Assembly: GCF_009914755.1 (NCBI RefSeq) | Contig: NC_060940.1 | Reading direction: 5' to 3' (one strand) | Source of the DNA: the human T2T-CHM13v2.0 reference genome, Homo sapiens | DNA: 64,000 nt | In this document: piece after piece, positions 56,095 to 64,000 of the stretch | Layout: the number at the start of each line of letters is the position of its first letter | Numbering within the stretch: position 1 is the first letter of the stretch | Notes under the pieces: generated by a model | Databases searched by the model: none | What the model saw: the letters and a program-made list of their open reading frames with translations, nothing else | Told to the model about the DNA's origin: nothing | Translations under genes and position numbers: made by a program

Positions 56095-56632
56095 GGAGAA
56101 ATGGCTCATGTTTGGCTGCAAATATCAAAGACCAGAAAAACGGTAACTTAAACAATATCAGGATTTATTTTCCTTCATCTGAAAGAAGTTCACAAAGAAC
56201 AGGGTTATTCTGGTGGCTCCACAACATCACCAATGTTCATGGCCCCTTTGGTCTTGAGGTTCTGCTATACTTTGACTTGGCTTCTGGCTTCAGGTTTCCC
56301 TCACGGTCACAAAAGAACTGCTGTGGCTCCTAATGGCTCACCTACATTACAGGTAGGAAGAAGGAAGAAAGGGAGGGAAGGGTATAATGTGCCTGGCAGC
56401 TGAGCCAAACCCCAACCCCTTTTTAAGGAACTTCCCCAGAAGCCTTGCCCAACAATCTCTACCTAGACTCCATTACCTAAAACCTAATCACTTAGTTTCA
56501 TCTATAGGTAAGGGAAAACTGAGAAGTGCTTTTCAGCTGGGTACATTGCTGCTCTCAACAAAATCAGGCCTGTGTGAGAGAGTAGAAAGGGAAGAATAGA
56601 TGTTAGGAAGGCAACCTGCAGTTTCTGGCACA
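56095..56632 (-). mobile_element. MLT1-type solo LTR, old
   Basis: TTTGGCTGCAAAT...CTTAAACAA ... AAGGGAAAACTGAGAAGTG ... AGGCAACC...GGCACA. Confidence 0.65.
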
Positions 56633-58069
56633 ACTCCCTTGTGTGAAGGAGACAGTCTTCAGCTCTGTGAACTCTCCTGGCAGCCCTTGATGTTGGCCAG
56701 TATTATAGACGAGAAGCCAGGAGAGTCATAATGAAGCACTTCCTGGGGCAGAGAAAAAAGTAAGTGGAGTGAATGATGAAAACTTTAGGTCATTAAATAA
56801 AGTTCCAACATTTTCTTCTTGCCCAAAACATTCACAACAAACTCTGTGGAGTAGGAATTGAAGGAAAATGTGCCATGCCATTTTTCTTTAGCCTTTTTGC
56901 AATGCAACGCACAATCAATACAAATCTTTGCAGTAATCATATATTGATTTTCCTAGAATATAACTCCATTTAAAGCACTTTTATCCCCAAGAGTAGAAAC
57001 ATTGGAGGCTATCAAAGGAGGAAGTAGATTTCCTTGACCCCATCTGCAGTGCACAATTGATTAACAGGATAGTTATGAGAGTGTGAGAGAGAGACAGAGA
57101 GAGAGAAGAGAGAAGTCACCGAAAGGTTAATACCAGCTAAAGAGAAACATGATTATAGGACATTAGGCTTTTTGTAAAATCATAAGGTCAGGATAAGATA
57201 ATGATACCATCTAAAATTACACAAGATTTTGAGTACTTAGCATCCTCTGACTGACCCAGCAACCCAACCCAAACCCCAACAAGCATAGCTGAATTTTTGG
57301 GGTTGGCAAAGCCATGAATGGAATGATAGGTTTAGGTTCAGGCCCCATGAGCTGGCTTGATAAGGGAATGAGTAATACTGATTCGATTTATCCTGAGTCA
57401 TAGCTGTGTACTAAACTAAAACTTTAGCATACATCACATCGAATGTTTCTTTGCTTCAGACAAAGCGAAAAGAAAAAAGGACATTAGGAACCCTCATTTT
57501 TATTCCTTAGGAAAGTTAAACACTTCCTTTCTTCTACTTTCCCTCTTCCCTATCACTTTACTCCCTAAAGATTTAAAAAAAAAAATCTGCTTTCTGAAAA
57601 TCCCATGAGTTTAGGTCTGCTGGGTATTTCTATGCACAGATGTCTTCATCCCAGAGACAAGAAGAGTAATTGGATGGTAAGTTGCAAAAAGCATGCAAGT
57701 TCTGCTCTGCCTCTGGCCTGAGTAACTGGGATGTAGCCAAAATGGAGAATGGTACCCCCTGAAGCAATCGTGAGTTAATGTCTCTTACATACTCCTTGCT
57801 GAAAAGGCAGAGAGTGTACTCTTGTTTATAGTGTATTGTTCTCACTGTATTTCTCTCCCTAAGTCCCTCTTGTTTTTTTGTATCAAGACTGAGTTCTCAC
57901 AAACAAGCTCTTTATTAAATTAAATGGTTCATGTAGCCTCATTATCCTTCTCAATGTGCAATACTTGATAGTTTATTTTACTAGCAACTTCTGGAGTTTG
58001 TGTTTTTTTTTGTTTTGGGGGGCTTTTTTTAAATTTTGGCTTCGGGCAAAGCAACTAGTACACATTGTT

Positions 58070-58188
58070 AGATAAAGTATCTTATCTGTCAGCAGCACCC
58101 TTGTGAATTAATCATAATTCAATAGGATTACTAATCAAGATTTGAGATGAATGTTTTGATAGAGCTATCAGATTTGTCTAATCTATCA
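58070..58188. promoter_or_regulatory. GATA motif cluster
   Basis: Five WGATAR sites in 119 bp (58070, 58082, 58157, 58165, 58183). Confidence 0.35.
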
Positions 58189-61100
58189 TTAGTTGACAGT
58201 CGCTGCAGGCAGAGTGAAAACTTGGCAATAGTAGACCTGTTTCTGATCCCTTTGGCTTGGCCCACCAGTTGGGTAGCTTCACTGATTATAGCAGTGGACC
58301 CAGGCATTGCAACTAATTAAGTTCTGTTTCTCACTCTCCAGGATCCTCCCTCCTCCTCTCACCGTTTTCAGAATATGTTGGGTGGAGTTCAGCTCTCATG
58401 AACCTGCCCATGTAATGAACAGATTTGGTAACAAGGTGTTCCTTTTGGTCATTTTCACTTGATAACAAAGATGTGCCAAGCCAAGTGACAAATCTCAAGG
58501 GTGATATGGTGTCACTTGCAAAAAGTGGTCAAAGAAAAAAGAGAAACTTAATCTGTTGTTAAACGATACTACCGATTACAACTCTTTCCATGTCACTAAA
58601 ATCTGTGTCCCATTTTACCAAGTTGTACATTCTTGGAAGTAATTTATAGCATATCTTGCACATTTATTCAGTTTGATTAGATAAATGAAAGCTAGTGATG
58701 TAGATTGGTATTTTATTGTATACACTATATACAGTATTTAAAATTATATTAAATTTTGAAATAATAATAAATTATACTCTGCATATTATGTAGTACTCAT
58801 TAATACAAAGATGGGATCATTTTATAGAGGAGTCCTTTACCAATTTTTCTTCCTCTCTCTACATTGTTATTAGTATAAAGATATTTCTTCATTATAGAAA
58901 ACTTGGAAAATTCTAGAAAAGTCTAAAAAATTTTAATTTATCATAATCTTGTCATCTCAGAATGATCAATATTAACATTGTATCATCCTATTAAAATTAA
59001 ATAACAGCACAAATACCTTAATTAGTAATTGCTTGACAGTATTGTCAATAAAATATGATTCTACCTGGCATGGTGTCCTGGAATCTGTAGGCAACACAAA
59101 GGAATCCAGAAAGATCGTACTTTCTCTCAAGGCTTCACTTTCTACATGAAAACCATATGGGAAAACTCATTTAGGCTGTTAGTGTATCCCATATGTTAGA
59201 AGTGACAACTTTTTAATTTCACAAGCATGTCACAGGCCTCACTAAATGAATGCTAGCCACACTGAGAGATTTGTAGCTTGGATGATTTAGACAAGGGATA
59301 GTTGAGAGTTACCTAATTAGACTCCAGGTGTAATTATGTAAGGCGTTCCAGGCAGCAGTGTGCTGTGTGTTAATTAACTTTCATGCTGAACATGCAGTAG
59401 CCCCTGAACAAAGAACAGTTCATGGAGGAAGAAAAGCTTCCTTACTTTGCCCTAGCTTTAGTTATTCTCCTACTAAAGTTAACCTCTCACACTCCCCCTT
59501 TTTTCTAGTTGAGAGATGGGCCATAAACACAAGCCACTTTGCAAAGTGTTCATTAGTCCCTGTAACTCTCTTCCTACCGTCTTCCATTTCCTTAAAACAT
59601 TCTTTGGAAAGATCTTTTAAAAAATAAGAGGTGTATGTATTTATTTATGTACAACTCTGTTACTGGTTTTAAAAATCCAAGTGACTTCTAATCCTGATTT
59701 TTTTGCTGCCCATTAAACTCCACAAGTATCTTTCTGTGGTGACGGGGAGAATGATATTTACTGAACTACAAGATTAGCTAATATCCCATCAATAACTGAG
59801 TGCCACAGATTTCCTCAGTTCATCCCATTCCTGTCTCTAGGTAGCAACAGTGAGAAAAGCACTTATTAAAGAATATTTTTTCTTCTACTAAATTAGTCCA
59901 TGACTTCATTTGTGCTGGTCTCTGTTTGTCAATTGCTGCCAAAAATTTTTAACTCATGCAGTAAAGTAAGCTTCGTAAATCTATATAATTCAACTCAACA
60001 CTTGCATGAGAAAATATTTCAGGTAACCAGTTAAGCCCTGTGTATGGATGGTAACTGATTGATTGTCCAGTCCTCTCCCAGTTCTCAAGTGAGAAAATCC
60101 CATTTCGAGGTTCTCTCTTCCTCCTAATCCTGTCACCTTGACATCTGCAGGCTTTAGTTTTCTACTAATAACGTCTAGAATGACACACAGGACCACCTTG
60201 TTCATATGGAAGATAAATAATAGTTCTAGAATTCTGTCTACAATAGCATGAAATTAACGTAGATTAAGGATTTGCCTGAAACGTTAAGAACAGATAGGAT
60301 TCAACATTTTTTTCTTCTAGTACCTCTTACCAATTATGAGAAAGAAACTACTTACTAAAACAGTCTTGATTTTTATTGTCTGTTGGAAGAAAGGTAAAAT
60401 AAGGACTTCGTTGTATAAAAAGCATTATCTGGCAGCCCTTATAGCTATATGGGAAATGCCTCAAAGAGATGCATCCTAGTGAAGATGAGGAACATTTGGA
60501 CAATTTGAGTGTTCTCTTTCAGTTGGATAATTTTCAGTTGGATATCTAGCAAAACTTAGTCCTCATTTTTTTTTGTTTGTTTTTCCTCTGATATGCAATG
60601 TAGACTACATCAGGCCTTTATAGTCAAAACCAGACCAACCAGTTTTGACCAAGCACTTCCTCTCTTCAAGGCTATGTTTAGTGCATCAGGAATCGAAAGA
60701 CATCTAAGACATAAACCCTATCCCCAGAGAGTATACTATCTGTTAGGGAAGATTAGACATTAAAAACATGAAAAGTAAAACTCTAATAAAGGATTTAAAG
60801 AACAGTTCAAGATAACAGTAGGAAAGATATGCCACATGACAATACATGATTGTCAAATGCATTTACAGATTCCCTTTAGAACAAAAACTGTTCTTGAATC
60901 CTTCTAATAGAAGGGGTTCGTAGAGACCATTATGAAGCCTTAAAATATTAAGAAACTGAAGTATTATTCCATAAGAATGCCTTTCAATTTAGAAATTTCA
61001 ATGCAAAGGAGAAATCTGGTTTATGTAACTGGTAAAGTCATTATTTTAGGTTATCACTGAATTGAAAGTGTAAAATGTGAAAATTCTTATATAACCAGTA

Positions 61101-61261
61101 GATCTCTGAGAAAGTGCCAGTGGACAACCCCACAGAGCCAGGAGAGGTAATCAAATCATTTCTTTTAGCAAGTTCCAAATATGATGAGGTTGTTTTAAGC
61201 TACATACATAAGATCTTAGGGAAAAAATGGATTTTTTAGTTGTCTAAATGACACTGCAATT

Positions 61262-61879
61262 TGTTACAGCCCAACGGATACTTCTTGCTTGCTGCACAGA
61301 AAAGCCAATGCACTGAAACAGTGGTGTTGCGGCAGAAAAACAGTTTAATAATCTCAGGACCAGCTAAGTGAGGAGATGGGAGATATTTCTCATATTTGCC
61401 TTCCCAAGAATTTGGAAGCTAGGGTTATTAAGGAAATTTGGTGGGCTTGGGGCTAGGGAATGGATACTGCTGATTGGGTGGAGATGAAATAGCACGGGCG
61501 TCAAAACTGTCTTTGTGCCTGAGTCAGTTTCTGGGTGGGGCTTACAGAGCTGGTGAGTCAGTTCCTTGGTGTGGGTCACAGATCTGGGTGGCATCGTTGG
61601 CTCATCAGAATGCAAAGTCTGAAAAATACCTCAAACACCAGTCTTAGGTTTTATGATACTGATGTTTTCTATGAAGCAATGGGAGAAGTTACAAATCTGT
61701 GACCATGAGCTATGTGACTCCTAAGCTGTAAGCAATTATAGAAAAGCAAAGCAAAGCAAAGCAAGTTATGAAACAATAACTGGTTATGATTTAACTATGC
61801 CCATACCTTAGCAAACCTTAAGTCCTTATCACAATTCTAACCTTGTGGGCTTTTACTAATTTTTTTAAGGTGGTTTTAT
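61262..61879 (-). mobile_element. ERV1 MER4-group solo LTR (LTR8-like)
   Basis: Minus-strand 3' end reads GCAAGAAGTATCCGTTGGGCTGTAACA and 5' end AAAACCACCTT; ATTAAA on the minus strand; subfamily uncertain. Confidence 0.7.
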
Positions 61880-61899
61880 AAGACATGGGCAGACAGATG

Positions 61900-62360
61900 G
61901 AAAGAGGTCATTCCAGTTAGGTAGAATTCCATATGAGAGTGGGAATAAGGTAGTGTACAGTAGGTTTAGTGTGTTAAGCTATCTGGCTGAAACAGAAAAT
62001 TCAGGAAACTTAGACCAATATATGGGAGGCATCAAAAGATGGCTCCATTCTGGGAAGCCTTCAAAGGTTTCCGAGGCTAACAGTGACATGATGCTGGTGA
62101 TATTACAGGCAGATTAGTCTAGTGGGCAGTGTCTACAATGGATTTGAGTTGTTCTTGCTTGAGGCAAAGGGATGTACCTAGAGAAAAGCATTGTTCCTGA
62201 AATGAGGTGATGTAAGCATGCATCTGACAGAGCAGTTATAATAGAAAAGACGTGAATTTCAGAGGACTTCTAAGTTGACAGAACTTTGTAATCAATTGGT
62301 TTGGAGGATGAAGAAGAGGAACGAGCCAAGAGTGATTCTCTGATATCAAACCCAGAAACA
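61900..62360 (-). mobile_element. L2 fragment
   Basis: AGTGACATGAT, CCTGAAATGAGGTGATG, GACAGAACTTTGTAATCAATTGG phrases. Confidence 0.55.
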
Positions 62361-62718
62361 AGTGGACATTTGGAGGCTCCAAAACCAATTTGAGTATGGG
62401 AAGAGGTTTTAAAGATACAGCCATGTAAATTAGCTATTGGGAAGACCTAAAGTGCACAACATTCTTCTGGCTGTGAAAATTATGAAATTATTCCCCAAAG
62501 GACTACTTAGATCATTATGTCTGCTCAGTCATCTGAAATATATTGATATCCAAAGTACACATCCAGTAATTAAAAGGAAAAAGAATCCAAACAGTTTGTT
62601 GATTTTGATATTTTGTTATGGGTTAGTAATTGCCTTGACTATCTTCTTGCAGAGCTTGTAGTTAAAGGCTTGCTTATTTCTTCATCAAGTAACAGCTGAA
62701 TTTCTTCTTTCTTCCTAT

Positions 62719-63138
62719 TGATATAGTTTAGATACTTGTCCCCCTAAATCTCATGCTGAAGTATGGTCCCCATTGTTGGAGGTAGGGTTTGGTGGGAGGT
62801 GTTTGGGTCCTGGGGATGGATCCCTCATGGCTTGGTGCTGTCCATGATCTCATGGACAGTGAGTGGGGTCTCACAAAATCTGGTTGTTTAAAAGTGTGGC
62901 ATCTCCCTCCCCTCCACTCGATCTCTCTTGTGCCTGCTCTGGCCATGTGACATAACCGCTCCTGCTTCACCTTCTGCCATGAGCAAAAGCTCTCTGAGGC
63001 CTCCCCAGAAGCCAAGCATATTCCAGTATCAAGCCTCCTGTCCAGCCTGCAGAACCATGAGTCAATTAAACCTCTTTTCTTTATAAATTACCCAGTCTCA
63101 AGTATTCCTTTATAGCAATGCAAGAATGTTCTCACACA
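62719..63138 (+). mobile_element. MST (MSTA/B-like) MaLR solo LTR
   Basis: TG...CA ends; perfect 5-bp TSD CCTAT at 62714-62718 and 63139-63143. Confidence 0.93.
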
Positions 63139-63543
63139 CCTATTTAGGTTAAAAGGTTTTCTTATCATCTTGGTTTTCAGAAATGGACAAATTGCCAAGG
63201 GCCTGTCAATTCTGGACTGACATTTTTTCACCTGCTTGAAGAGATACTGTTTTCTCTTAAGAACTAGTGATTTTCTTCAGTTGTGTGACTGACTTACATA
63301 ATACTAGCAGAATTGGCCACTTAGTGTCCAACAGAGAAATGAAGTTGAGACTGTGGGGCTGGGAAGTCTCTGGGGCAATAGCTTCAGGTTTGAAAAGTGA
63401 GGAGAAATGAAGCAAAAAAATAAAAACACTGTACCTTTTGTCAAACCCTTTGCTTAGATCAAGGAATCTAGATTTGGCCAAAAGGTTGAATTTAATGCAT
63501 ACAGTTGTGTGGTATAAATTTGTCTTTGTAAAGGTCAGACTTG

Positions 63544-63838
63544 TCCAGACACAGTGGTTCATGCCTGTAATCTCAGCACTTTGGGAGGCTGACACAGGAG
63601 GACCCTTGAGGCCAGAAGTTCAAGACCAGCCTGGGCAATATAACGAGACCCTGCCTCTACAAAAAAGAGACAACTTAACAGGGTGTGGTGGTTCATGCCT
63701 GTAATACCAGCTATATGGGAGGCTGAGGTAGGAGTATTGCTTAAGCCCAAAAGTTCAAGGCTGCAGGGAACTATGATCATGCCATGTACTCCAGGCTGGG
63801 CCACCGAGCAAGACCCAGTCTCTTAAAATAAATAAATA
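63544..63838 (+). mobile_element. AluJ
   Basis: Full dimer; near-TSD TAAAG(G/C)TCAGA. Confidence 0.93.
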
Positions 63839-64000
63839 AAGCTCAGATTCATCCCATTCCAGGGAATAGGGAAAGTTCCACATTGATCAGAACTGAGTCC
63901 TGTAAGCTCCAAACAATATGACTCGCCTTTAAAGTCCTTCTGACGATACCTTTCCAAGTGTCTGACTTATGATGTGTTCCTTGTTGTATAGACTTGTACG

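Noticed and set aside
60517-60544. 13-bp tandem duplication TTTCAGTTGGATA
   Set aside because: Ordinary slippage-size duplication with no inserted sequence

Overview
Primate (human-like) nuclear genomic DNA: AT-rich, CpG-depleted, no CpG island, with about 25 Alus of J, S and Y type. It is not microbial, and there are no operons, CRISPR arrays, tRNA or rRNA genes. A large share of the window is interspersed repeats: Alu, MIR, L2, old L1M, one short young L1PA, MaLR solo LTRs (THE1, MST, MLT1), an ERV1-class LTR, a near full-length Tigger1, a Tigger2a and MER102-like hAT fragments. Family and subfamily calls are from my recall of the consensus sequences, not from a search. None of the supplied ORFs is a credible gene; they are Alu/LTR read-throughs, low-complexity ORFs or decayed Tigger1 transposase pieces. 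The best gene-like signal is one or two + strand terminal exons (acceptor 15833/15834 with ATTAAA at 17126; acceptor 21293/21294 with AATAAA at 23516 and 23538). This suggests the 3' end of a gene whose identity I cannot establish, followed by downstream DNA with TE-free, enhancer-like blocks. Structures not explained by repeats: two near-perfect hairpins (2369-2433, 35288-35395), an apparently non-TE ~84-bp duplication (23525/25683), a poly(A)-only insertion scar (40613-40649), a GATA motif cluster (58070-58188) and two tandem Alus inside one TSD. I found no evidence for a novel multi-gene system.
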